From Boseongicola sp. (GTDB taxonomy: Bacteria; Pseudomonadota; Alphaproteobacteria; Rhodobacterales; Rhodobacteraceae), in NCBI GenBank assembly GCA_028824715.1, contig JAPPCV010000011.1, positions 60,066-124,065 on the forward strand: a stretch of 64,000 nt of DNA, written 5' to 3'. Both the position numbers and the translations under genes were made by a program. The notes under the pieces were generated by a model. It saw only the letters and a program-made list of their open reading frames with translations, had not been told where the DNA came from and did no database searches. Positions 36,655 through 46,029 of this stretch are shown piece after piece. The first letter of the stretch is position 1. The number at the start of each line of letters is the position of its first letter.

Positions 36655-36825
36655 CTGTCGGGCGGTAGACGCACACGTCCTTCCGCGCCCTCCTTGGTCG
36701 GGTGCGCAAAAATGTCTTGCGGGTTTGCCGTGGATCTGGACGAGTGGAAGACGACGATGCGCAGCGAGCGGGCATTGCGGCTCGTGGGACGGCAGAGGGG
36801 GAACCGTTCCGGCAGGAGCATCGCG

Positions 36826-38348
36826 ATGAATTCGGGGATTCTATATACCTAACTTGACAGCCGCCGTCAGGTCGCCGCCTCCGGCCCGGCACATTTGGAC
36901 GATACGCCCGCGCGAACGATGCCGACGGGAGCGGGGATCATGCGCGGCAAAGGCTTCTGCATTGAAGAATGAAAAGGGAACTTCGTGCTTGACAGGCAGT
37001 TCGGATGCGGTCAGGATGCGTTGCGAGGCGCTTCCGGCGCCCTCGCCCAAGCCCGGACCGGAGGAACGACCGCATGGCACTCGTCGCCACGCACAGGCAG
37101 GTTGTCTTTCGCCTGCTGCCGCAGACGCGCAGCAGCTGGCGCCGGCTCGAGCGGACGCTGGAGGAGCAGCGGCAGCTCTACAATGCCGCCCTGGAGGAGC
37201 GCATCGACCGCTACCGGAAGACCGGCAGGAGCCTGTCATACTACGACCAGTGCAAGGCGCTGACCGAGTGCCGCCGGGACCTTCCGGAGATGGCGGAATG
37301 CCCGGTGGCGATACAGCGCGGCACGCTCAGGCGGCTTGACGAGGCGTTCAAGCACTTCTTCCGAAGGGTGAGGAACGGCGAGACGCCGGGGTTCCCGCGG
37401 TTCAAGGGAAGGGCGTTCTTCAACAGCGTTTCCGTCGTCTCCGGCGTCAAGGTCAGGGACGGCACGCTCCACGTTCCGTCCATCGGTGCGCTGAAGATGC
37501 GACGCAGGGGCGGGAACCCGCACCCCGACGGCAGGCCCGTCTCCGCGGTCCTGAAGCGCGAGCTCGGCAAGTGGCACGCCGTCGTCTGCTACGCCGTCGA
37601 GATCGAGGAGCCGGCCGACAACGGGCACGTTCTCGGGCTGGACCGGAACGGGGGCCAGGTCGCGGACAGCGACGGCGGGCTTCACGAAATGCCTGACCTG
37701 GATCGGCTGGAGGCGCAGGCGCGGCGTCTGCAGCGCAGGCTTTCGCGGCGCCGGAAGGGAAGCAGGAGGCGCGAAAAGGCGAAGCGGCACCTGGCGAAGG
37801 TGCGGCGCAGGATCGCGAACAGGCGCAGGAACTGGCACCACCACGTGAGCCGCAGGCTGGCGGCGAAGGCGGGAACCGTCGCCGTCGAGGGGCTGGACGT
37901 GAAGGGGATGACGCGCTCCGCGAAGGGCACGGCAGAGGCGCCCGGCACGATGGTGGCGCAGAAGTCCGGCACCAACCGCGTGATCCTGAACACGGGCTGG
38001 ACGGCGCTCAAGGGGATGCTGGACTACAAGGCGGCGAACGTGATCGTCGTTCCCGCCAAGAACACGTCACGGAAATGCCACGAGTGCGGTGCGGTCGAAG
38101 CCGCGAGCCGCAGAACTCGGGACGACTTCGTCTGCCTGGCCTGCGGCCATGCAGCCCATGCCGACCTCAACGCGGCGAAGAACATCCGCGACAAGGCGCT
38201 GGAGCGCCTTGCCGCGATGAACGAGGCGTCAGGGACTGGCGCATCTGCACGGCGAGCGGCGTTTGCGTTGGCAACCACTGACCCGTGAAATCAATGCTTG
38301 CGACGGCCCGACGGTCCGTCAAATTAGGTATATAAGTCCCATGAATTC
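36826..38348 (+). mobile_element. TnpB-only insertion element with imperfect inverted-repeat ends, flanked by ATGAATTC on both sides
   Basis: TATATACCTAA (36842-36852) is the reverse complement of TTAGGTATATA (38324-38334). ATGAATTC is at 36826-36833 and 38341-38348. The element has a single ORF, tnpB. Confidence 0.65.
37074..38288 (+). CDS. tnpB: TnpB (OrfB) RNA-guided endonuclease of the IS200/IS605-IS607 superfamily
   Basis: 404 aa from MALVATHRQ, with GGAGGA upstream. RuvC residues lie in LGLDRNGG, VAVEGLDVKGM and HADLNAAKNI. The zinc finger is CHECG...CLACG. Confidence 0.9.
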   Translation: MALVATHRQVVFRLLPQTRSSWRRLERTLEEQRQLYNAALEERIDRYRKTGRSLSYYDQCKALTECRRDLPEMAECPVAIQRGTLRRLDEAFKHFFRRVRNGETPGFPRFKGRAFFNSVSVVSGVKVRDGTLHVPSIGALKMRRRGGNPHPDGRPVSAVLKRELGKWHAVVCYAVEIEEPADNGHVLGLDRNGGQVADSDGGLHEMPDLDRLEAQARRLQRRLSRRRKGSRRREKAKRHLAKVRRRIANRRRNWHHHVSRRLAAKAGTVAVEGLDVKGMTRSAKGTAEAPGTMVAQKSGTNRVILNTGWTALKGMLDYKAANVIVVPAKNTSRKCHECGAVEAASRRTRDDFVCLACGHAAHADLNAAKNIRDKALERLAAMNEASGTGASARRAAFALATTDP

Positions 38349-38469
38349 TGCCGCAGTCGTCGGGAGAGAGCCAGTCGCCCGGTCAAGTCGCATGGTCCGA
38401 AGCGACTTGCGGCGAGAACGGATTGTGAACGTGCTTTATCTCCGGAAAAGGGCGCGCTAGGCTTGCCCA

Positions 38470-40812
38470 ATGAGCAGTGACCTAGAGTGCGAAGAGTTTC
38501 CCGACAGGATGCCCCTTTCCATGCAGGCGACGGTCATGCGGGGAACACCTTACCTTGAGGATCTCAATCCCGCCCAGCGAGAGGCCGTGGAGACGCTTGA
38601 CGGCCCGCTGCTGATGCTGGCAGGAGCCGGTACCGGCAAGACGAAGGCGTTGACGACGCGGATCGCGCATCTCCTGAACACGGGCACGGCGCGACCGAGC
38701 GAGATCCTCGCCGTCACGTTCACCAACAAGGCGGCTCGGGAGATGAAATCGCGGGTGGCCTCGCTTCTCGGCCAAACGATCGAGGGCATGCCTTGGCTTG
38801 GCACTTTCCACTCGATCTGTGCCAGGCTGCTGCGCAGGCATGCGGAACTCGCGGGCCTCAAGGCGAACTTCACGATTCTCGACACCGATGACCAGCACAG
38901 GCTTCTCAAGCAGCTCATCGTCGCCGCAGGAATCGACGAGAAACGTTGGCCTGCGCGCCAGCTGGCGCATCAGATCGACGGCTGGAAGAACCGCGCCTGG
39001 ACGCCCGACAAGGTGCCGGCGTCGCAGGGCTCGGTCTTCAACAACCGGGGCGCGGAACTCTATGGCCAGTACCAGGAGCGCCTGAAGGCGCTGAACGCGG
39101 CGGATTTCGGCGATCTGCTGCTCCACGTGCTGGAAATCTTCAAGAAACACGAAGATGTTCTCGCGCAGTACCAGCGCTGGTTCCGATACATCCTTGTAGA
39201 CGAATACCAGGACACGAACGTCGCCCAGCACCTCTGGCTGCGGCTTCTGGCGCAGGCCCACGGGCAGATCTGCTGCGTTGGCGATGACGACCAGTCGATC
39301 TACGGCTGGCGGGGCGCAGAAGTCGGCAACATCCTCAGGTTCGAAAAGGACTTTCCAGGTGCGCACGTCATCCGTCTCGAGCAGAACTACCGTTCCACGC
39401 CCCAGATCCTGAACGCGGCCGATGGCGTGATTGCCCAGAACAGGGGACGGCTTGGGAAGACGCTGTTCACCGACCGTGACGAGGGCGAGAAGATTCGCCT
39501 GATCGGCCATTGGGACGACGGCGACGAGGCGCGCTGGGTCGGCGAGGAGATCGAGGCGCTGCAGGGAGGCACGAGGTGCTTGCGCCCATTCGAGCTGGAC
39601 GAGATCGCGATACTTGTGCGGACATCGTTCCAGATGCGCGCCTTCGAGGACCGGTTCCTGTCGATCGGGCTTCCTTACCGCGTCGTCGGCGGCCCGCGCT
39701 TCTACGAGCGCCTCGAAATCCGGGACGCGATGGCCTACTTTCGTCTTGCCGTCTCTCCGGACGACGACCTGGCGTTCGAACGGGTCGTCAACACGCCGAA
39801 ACGCGGACTTGGCGACCGTGCGCAACAGAAGATCCAGACCTCCGCCCGGGACAGCGGCGTTTCGCTGATCGAAGGGGCGCGAACGCTGCTCGCCGCGAAG
39901 GGCCTCGCCGGGAAGGGCGCAGGCGAACTGCTGAAGCTGATCAACCTGATTGCCGCGTGGCACACTCGGGTGACCGAAGGTACAGATCACCTGGAGCTTG
40001 CCGGCCAGATTCTTGACGACTCGGGCTACACCGAGATGTGGCAGAACCACCGGACTCCCGAGGCCGAGGGGAGGCTGGAGAACCTGAAGGAACTGGTGCA
40101 GTCCCTGGAGCAGTTCGAGAATCTGCAGGGCTTCCTGGAACATGTCTCGCTGGTCATGGACAACGATTCAGGCGATGCCGACGAAAAGGTCGTCATCATG
40201 ACGCTCCATGCCGCCAAGGGGCTGGAATTCCCTGCCGTGTTCCTGCCGGGATGGGAGGACGGGCTGTTCCCATCGCAGCGCACGATGGACGAATCCGGAG
40301 CGAAGGGGCTCGAGGAAGAACGTCGCCTGGCCTATGTCGGACTGACGCGTGCCGAGGAGGTTGCGTATGTGAGCTTCGCCGGCAACCGGATGACGTACGG
40401 GCAGTGGCAGTCGACGCTGCCTTCGAGGTTCATTGACGAATTGCCGGGCGCGGCGGTGGAAGTGCTGACTGCGCCCGGGCTCTACGGGCGCACGCAAGCG
40501 GCATCTTCGGACATGGCGACCCGGGCAAGCCGGGCGGATGTCTACAACTCGCCCGGCTGGAAGCGCTTGCAGTCGCGTTCTGGCCGTCGCGGTCTTGGCC
40601 AGCCCCGGGAGGCGAAGAACACGATAATCGATCTTGATGCGGTGTCGGCGTTCACGGAGGGCGAACGCGTGTTTCATGCGAAATACGGTTATGGCGCGGT
40701 GACGGAAATTGAGGGCGACAAGCTCGAGATCGATTTCGAGAAGGCGGGCAGGAAGAACGTGCTCGCGGCCTATGTCAGGACGGCCGACGCGGCAGGAGAC
40801 GTGCCGTTCTGA
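38470..40812 (+). CDS. uvrD: DNA helicase II (UvrD/PcrA family)
   Basis: Motifs are LNPAQREAVE, AGAGTGKT, DEYQDTN, GDDDQSIYGWRGA and TLHAAKGLEFP. Confidence 0.9.
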   Translation: MSSDLECEEFPDRMPLSMQATVMRGTPYLEDLNPAQREAVETLDGPLLMLAGAGTGKTKALTTRIAHLLNTGTARPSEILAVTFTNKAAREMKSRVASLLGQTIEGMPWLGTFHSICARLLRRHAELAGLKANFTILDTDDQHRLLKQLIVAAGIDEKRWPARQLAHQIDGWKNRAWTPDKVPASQGSVFNNRGAELYGQYQERLKALNAADFGDLLLHVLEIFKKHEDVLAQYQRWFRYILVDEYQDTNVAQHLWLRLLAQAHGQICCVGDDDQSIYGWRGAEVGNILRFEKDFPGAHVIRLEQNYRSTPQILNAADGVIAQNRGRLGKTLFTDRDEGEKIRLIGHWDDGDEARWVGEEIEALQGGTRCLRPFELDEIAILVRTSFQMRAFEDRFLSIGLPYRVVGGPRFYERLEIRDAMAYFRLAVSPDDDLAFERVVNTPKRGLGDRAQQKIQTSARDSGVSLIEGARTLLAAKGLAGKGAGELLKLINLIAAWHTRVTEGTDHLELAGQILDDSGYTEMWQNHRTPEAEGRLENLKELVQSLEQFENLQGFLEHVSLVMDNDSGDADEKVVIMTLHAAKGLEFPAVFLPGWEDGLFPSQRTMDESGAKGLEEERRLAYVGLTRAEEVAYVSFAGNRMTYGQWQSTLPSRFIDELPGAAVEVLTAPGLYGRTQAASSDMATRASRADVYNSPGWKRLQSRSGRRGLGQPREAKNTIIDLDAVSAFTEGERVFHAKYGYGAVTEIEGDKLEIDFEKAGRKNVLAAYVRTADAAGDVPF

Positions 40813-40839
40813 ATCCGGGTCGTCCGGTGCAGGGGACGC

Positions 40840-42084
40840 TCAGATGGCCCAGTTGCCGTCCCGGAAGACCGCGACGCGGCCACCTGTCGCCGTGATGCCG
40901 TCGATATCCGTGTCCCTGGCTCCGATCATCCAGTCGACATGGACAATGCTGCTGTTTCCGCCGCGCCCAGCGATCTCGTCTTCCGACGCTCCGTCGCTGT
41001 CGCGCAGGCAGTCCCTGTAGCATTGGCCGAGCGCGACATGGCACGCTGCGTTTTCGTCGAACAGCGTGTTGTAGAAGAGAATGCCGCTTTCCGAGATCGG
41101 CGACGCGTAGGGCACCAGCGCCACCTCTCCGATACAGCGCGCGCCGTCGTCGCTTTCGAGGAGCTTGCGAAAGACCTCCCCGTTGCTTGAGGCGTTGGCC
41201 GCAACAACGCGGCCCGCCTCGAATCGGACTTCGATGTCCTCGATGAGGGTGCCCTGGTAGGCAAGCGGCTTGGTGGCCCGGACGGTTCCGTCGACCCGGT
41301 CCTTGTGAGGTGCCGTGAAGACTTCCTCCGAAGGAATGTTCGGGTTGCAGACTATGCCGTTCTTTGCCTCGCTCGCGCCACCTATCCAGCAATGTCCGTC
41401 CGCCAGTCCGACGGTCAGGTCGGTGCCGCCGCTCCTGAAGTGAAGCGCAGCGAATTCCTGGCCGTTCAGCCAATCGCGCCGGGCGGCAAGATCCGCATTG
41501 TGCGCAGCCCACGCTGCGGCCGGGTCGGCCTCGTCGGTGCGGGACGCGGAGAAGATCGCCTTGGCCAGCTCGGCCTGCGCCTCGTCCGCGTCCAGATCCG
41601 GAAACACCAGCTTGGCCCATGCACGCCCCGGATAAGCGGCGATCGACCAGTTGATCTCGAAGCCCGAGATCTTCTCGAGCGCGGGACGATAGGCTTCCGC
41701 ATTGGCTCGCGCTGCCCGGGCGACGCTTTCCGGATTCTCCGAGGCGAGGGCCATCGGGTTCTCTGCGGCAATGTGCAATCTCGCCGTGTTGCCGCCATAG
41801 GCTTCGGCCATGCCTTGGTAAAGCCAGTCGGGCGCTTGGTCGAGGCTTTCCTGTCGCCCGTACCTGTAGCGGGCCCGGGTGACGTCCTCGTCGTTCAGGA
41901 TCGGCGTGACCAGGCCGCCTCCGTTCCGGTACGCGCGTTCGGTCACGCGTCGCACAAGCGGCAGCGCTTCGGCGGAGGCGGTGATCAGGAGATTCTGGCC
42001 TTCGGCCAGGTTCACGCCCGTCGAGACGACGGTCTCGGCCAGACGGTCTAGCTGGGACGTGTCGAACGGCAGGTTGTCGGGCAT
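40840..42084 (-). CDS. M29-family aminopeptidase (AmpS/PepS-like)
   Basis: Start at MPDNLPFDTSQLDRLAE. Family-like sequence runs throughout, ending IVHVDWMIGA... Confidence 0.8.
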   Translation of the reverse strand: MPDNLPFDTSQLDRLAETVVSTGVNLAEGQNLLITASAEALPLVRRVTERAYRNGGGLVTPILNDEDVTRARYRYGRQESLDQAPDWLYQGMAEAYGGNTARLHIAAENPMALASENPESVARAARANAEAYRPALEKISGFEINWSIAAYPGRAWAKLVFPDLDADEAQAELAKAIFSASRTDEADPAAAWAAHNADLAARRDWLNGQEFAALHFRSGGTDLTVGLADGHCWIGGASEAKNGIVCNPNIPSEEVFTAPHKDRVDGTVRATKPLAYQGTLIEDIEVRFEAGRVVAANASSNGEVFRKLLESDDGARCIGEVALVPYASPISESGILFYNTLFDENAACHVALGQCYRDCLRDSDGASEDEIAGRGGNSSIVHVDWMIGARDTDIDGITATGGRVAVFRDGNWAI

Positions 42085-42239
42085 TGGGCGATGGCCTCCT
42101 CGGTCCATTGGCATGTCACGACAGCTCAGGCAGGAGAAGATCGCAATTGGGGACTTGGCGTGGAAAATGGCGGATCACTTGCTCACGCAAGGCGTTGCCG
42201 AGGACGACGTGCGAAATTCGAAGATGTCCGGGAAGTGGT

Positions 42240-42578
42240 TCAGGCTGCGCGCCTGGCCTCTTCGGCCGCGGCAAGTTCTGCAGCGTGCCGACGCTCGCTC
42301 TCCTCGCGGCTAAGCGCCACGGATGTGCGGACGCCGTTGCCCACGAAAGCCATGAGGCCCTTCACGACGCGCTCGTTCGGGTCAATGCCCGCGCAGGTCA
42401 GCACCTCGCGTCCATCACGCGACCGCGCCCAGCGTGCGATCTGCTCGGGGCCGTTTCCATACTTTTTGTCATCGGCAATGGCGTCATCAAGAGCAGCGAG
42501 CACCACAGCCGCGAAGAGCTTCCGCGCGCGATTGCCCTGTTCATTGTTGAATGCAGTGCCGTCCACAAAGTCTACCAT
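42240..42578 (-). CDS. Hypothetical protein
   Basis: 112-aa ORF with coding-like composition and no motif I recognise. Confidence 0.45.
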   Translation of the reverse strand: MVDFVDGTAFNNEQGNRARKLFAAVVLAALDDAIADDKKYGNGPEQIARWARSRDGREVLTCAGIDPNERVVKGLMAFVGNGVRTSVALSREESERRHAAELAAAEEARRAA

Positions 42579-42792
42579 ATTTGGTCCTTCGGTCCTTTTC
42601 CTCGCAAGTGATTGGCATGACGCCCCTTATGCAGGTATTGGCGCCACTTTTGCTATTCTTTTTCGGAATATCTGCCATGCACCGTACGCATAGCAGTCTC
42701 TGGTTTCCCAGATGTCTTCCGTCTTGCCGTTGAGCGTCTGGTCAAATATATGGCAGGCACGTCTTGAATCAACAAATCATCGGGTTTGTCGC

Positions 42793-43356
42793 ATGCCAAG
42801 GATCAACGGAAACGAGATTCGGCCCGGCAACGTGCTGGAACACAATGACGGTCTCTGGGTCGCGGTGAAGGCAGAACACGTCAAGCCCGGAAAGGGCGGC
42901 GCATTCGCTCAGGTGGAACTCAGGAACCTTCGAAACGGCTCAAAGCTGAACGAAAGATTCCGCTCGGCCGACAAGGTCGAGCGCGTCCGGCTGGAGCAGA
43001 GGGACCAGCAGTTCCTGTACGAAAGCGACGGCATGCTTGTCTTCATGGACAGCGAGACTTTCGAACAGACCGAGCTTCCCGCAGACATCCTCGGCGAGCG
43101 CCGGCCGTTCCTGCAGGACGGGATGACGATCCAGGTCGAGTACTACGAGGCAGAAGCCCTGAACGCGACGCTGCCCCAGAAGGTGACGTGCACGGTCAGC
43201 GAAACCGAGCCTGTGGTGAAAGGCCAGACGGCGGCAAACAGTTTCAAGCCGGCGCTTCTTGACAACGGCGTTCGCATCACCGTTCCGCCCTTCGTTGGCG
43301 AAGGCGAAAAGGTCGTGGTGAACACCGAGACGATGGAATACGCCGAACGGGCATAG
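42793..43356 (+). CDS. efp: Elongation factor P
   Basis: [46 protein letters not shown]...; 187 aa. Confidence 0.95.
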   Translation: MPRINGNEIRPGNVLEHNDGLWVAVKAEHVKPGKGGAFAQVELRNLRNGSKLNERFRSADKVERVRLEQRDQQFLYESDGMLVFMDSETFEQTELPADILGERRPFLQDGMTIQVEYYEAEALNATLPQKVTCTVSETEPVVKGQTAANSFKPALLDNGVRITVPPFVGEGEKVVVNTETMEYAERA

Positions 43357-43638
43357 GGTCGGGCCGCATCGCTTTCGCCGGAATGCCGCCGCGAGACCGC
43401 AGGTGCCGGTGACCGGGCGCGCCAACCCCAGGAATTCAGGCTGGTCCCCAACCGACATCGGGCGTCGAGCGGAGTGCCGCGCCTTTCTCCACAAAGCTGT
43501 GCAAGGGTTCGGCAGTGCGCGCACGATGAGGGACCAATCGCGCATTGAGGAGCGCCTTCGCCAGGCGTTCAGGCTCCGCTCGGCTTGCAGTTGACAATGG
43601 CGGTGCTATGGCACGAGTGCCCAGGCTCGCGCATCCGG

Positions 43639-44385
43639 TCATTTCGCTCCATGAATCCTGGAAACTTGCGACGCGACTTTCATGACATGTCCCGAGGTGG
43701 CGCTTTCGGTGTTCGCGGTGAAACGTGAAGCTGGCGTGGCGACCGCAATTGCGCCAACGGCATTGCCACGAAAGCCGATAATGGCCGCTGCGATGCCAAC
43801 CACGTCGCTTTCAAATGTACCCGACGCCTTGGCATAACCGGTACCTTGCACCTTCTCGATTTGCCTGAGCAACTTGATGCGGTCCATCTCGGTGTTGCTC
43901 GTGAAGCGGAGCAATTTCCCGCTCAGGACTTCGTCAACCCGCGCATCCGGCGAGGCGGACAGAAACGCCAGTCCGGACGCTGTTGCATGAAACGGCAGGG
44001 CTTCCGCGGGATCGATGTAAACCCGGGTGCCCTTGATCTTTGTTTCGACGATCCCGGTTGTCATCAACCTGTCGCCAACGAGCATGCTTGAATGTGCCGT
44101 TTCGCCGGTGACTTCCGCAAGATCGTGCAGGGCCCGCGTTACCTCGCCTGCCACCGGATGAGTAAGATCGCGCAGCATCGACAGCCGGGTCAGGGACGGC
44201 CCGAGATAGTAGGACTTGTCCTTCGGTGACTGTTCCAGGATGCCGTGTCGAGTCAGGTCAGACACGTAGCGTTGTATGTTCGATTTGTCCCAGCCGAGCT
44301 GTCGAGCAATCTCCGACAAGCCCAGATTGGGGGTGCTCTCGGAAAATAAATTCAGCACGCTCAATGCCTTATCCACAGTGCTCAT
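43639..44385 (-). CDS. IclR-family transcriptional regulator
   Basis: MSTVDKALSVLNLFSESTPNLGLSEIARQLGWDKSNIQRYVSDL, followed by an IclR effector domain. Confidence 0.85.
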   Translation of the reverse strand: MSTVDKALSVLNLFSESTPNLGLSEIARQLGWDKSNIQRYVSDLTRHGILEQSPKDKSYYLGPSLTRLSMLRDLTHPVAGEVTRALHDLAEVTGETAHSSMLVGDRLMTTGIVETKIKGTRVYIDPAEALPFHATASGLAFLSASPDARVDEVLSGKLLRFTSNTEMDRIKLLRQIEKVQGTGYAKASGTFESDVVGIAAAIIGFRGNAVGAIAVATPASRFTANTESATSGHVMKVASQVSRIHGAK

Positions 44386-44489
44386 ATTTTTGTCTCTGGT
44401 CAGGATGCGAAATTGTTGACTCGCGGACACATAAAATAGATCATTATCGCACCAGCGTGTCAAATATCGATCAACTCAGGGAGGAAAAG

Positions 44490-45425
44490 ATGAAACACAC
44501 GATAGCGTCCATTGCTGCTGCAGTGGCTGTTTTGAGCGGGGGCGCAGCCCTCGCGGAGTACCCGGAGAAGCCCGTGAGCTTCATTGTGCCCTGGCCACCG
44601 GGAGACTTGGAAGATGTTCTGACCCGCATGATAGCCGAGGACTTCCAAAAGGAGTACGGCGTGGCGGCTGCAGTCGTGAACAAGCCCGGCGGCGGTGGCG
44701 GACCTTTCCCCGGCGCAATCGAGGTGGCGACCGCTCCTGCCGATGGCTACACGATCGGGTCCTTCGTGATCGGCGTGCCGTTGATTGGCCACGAAATCGG
44801 CATTCCCGAACTCACGCCGGAAAAATTCGATCCACTTGGCATCTTCGTGACCTACCCGTTCGTTATCGTCGCAGGCGGCAATGCCCCATACGACACGATC
44901 GAGGAAATGGCCGAACACGCAAAATCCAACGAGTTGGCGCTTGGACATTTTGGTGCGAACCTGATTCCGACCCGGGTCACCATGGCTTACGCCAAGGCTG
45001 CCGGGTTCGAGTGGGGTGCCGAGGCCGCCTACCCGATGCTCGACTGCAACACACTGGCTTCGGGTGACGCGGATGTCATCAATACGACACTGCAACTTGT
45101 GCTGCCGTGCCTGGACAACATCAAGGTTCTGGCGTCGGTGACCGGGGAACGCATTCCGATCACCCCGGATGCACCAACGATGGGAGAACTTGTTCCGGCA
45201 TTGAACATCTCCCTGTGGAATGGCCTGTTCGTGCACAAGGACACGCCGCAAGACGTGCGTGACAAGATCATCGCGGTTGCCGAGAAGACGGTGATGAGCG
45301 AGCGCGCCCAGAAGCTGGCAAGCGAGACGGGTGCCGGCGTGTACTGGGTGGGTGCTGCGGCGGCGGCTGAGCAGATTCAGACGGATATGCAGACGACGGC
45401 CACGATCGAGTCGATGCTGGAATAG
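44490..45425 (+). CDS. tctC: Tripartite tricarboxylate transporter substrate-binding protein (TctC/Bug family)
   Basis: Signal peptide followed by YPEKPVSFIVPWPPGD. GGGAGGA lies upstream of the ATG at 44490. Confidence 0.85.
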   Translation: MKHTIASIAAAVAVLSGGAALAEYPEKPVSFIVPWPPGDLEDVLTRMIAEDFQKEYGVAAAVVNKPGGGGGPFPGAIEVATAPADGYTIGSFVIGVPLIGHEIGIPELTPEKFDPLGIFVTYPFVIVAGGNAPYDTIEEMAEHAKSNELALGHFGANLIPTRVTMAYAKAAGFEWGAEAAYPMLDCNTLASGDADVINTTLQLVLPCLDNIKVLASVTGERIPITPDAPTMGELVPALNISLWNGLFVHKDTPQDVRDKIIAVAEKTVMSERAQKLASETGAGVYWVGAAAAAEQIQTDMQTTATIESMLE

Positions 45426-45444
45426 CCGTTGGCTGACCCAATCG

Positions 45445-45468
45445 GGCTGGCGCGATCAAGCGCCAGCC
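45445..45468 (+). terminator. Intercistronic hairpin after tctC
   Basis: GGCTGGCGC-GATCAA-GCGCCAGCC, followed by TT. Confidence 0.45.
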
Positions 45469-45505
45469 TTCCAAGGGCCGTTCTTTCGGTCAACTGGATA
45501 GGCAA

Positions 45506-46027
45506 ATGACCCAGCATCGCGAAGAATCCATCCAACGTCCGGGTGTTCTGATCTTCATTGCCCTGTTCGTGCTGTTTTCCATCTTTCTTCTCTCCCAGCT
45601 GTCTGCCGAGACGCGATTTGTCCCCAACGGAAAGCTGGTGGAGCAGCCACGTTTCTGGCCTGCCATCGGAGTGCTGTTGATGGTGGGTTTCGGACTCGCG
45701 CAAATTGCGTTGAGGTGGCGTGCCAAGGCGGGCTGGGACCCGGGCGAAGTGGCGGTTTGGCTGCGCGCATTCGAATACCTGGTCTGGTTCATGGCCTATG
45801 TCGCAGTTGTGCCGGTGCTGGGTTATCTTGCCACGACCATTGCATTCACGACTTCGCTGGCATTCAGGCAGGGCTATCGCGGAGTCAGGAGCCTGGGCGC
45901 CGCAGCGCTGCTGGGGTTGACGATCGTCCTGGTGTTCAAGACCGGCCTTTCCGTGAAGATCCCGGGAGGCGCAGTCTATGAATACCTGCATGGACCCTTG
46001 CGCAACTTCATGATCGTGAATTTCTGA
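45506..46027 (+). CDS. tctB: TctB-family small membrane subunit
   Basis: 173-aa hydrophobic four-helix protein lying between the tctC and tctA homologues. Confidence 0.75.
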   Translation: MTQHREESIQRPGVLIFIALFVLFSIFLLSQLSAETRFVPNGKLVEQPRFWPAIGVLLMVGFGLAQIALRWRAKAGWDPGEVAVWLRAFEYLVWFMAYVAVVPVLGYLATTIAFTTSLAFRQGYRGVRSLGAAALLGLTIVLVFKTGLSVKIPGGAVYEYLHGPLRNFMIVNF

Positions 46028-46029
46028 TC

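Noticed and set aside
38482-40143. 553-aa minus-strand ORF
   Set aside because: Antisense shadow of uvrD, whose helicase motifs are unambiguous on the plus strand.
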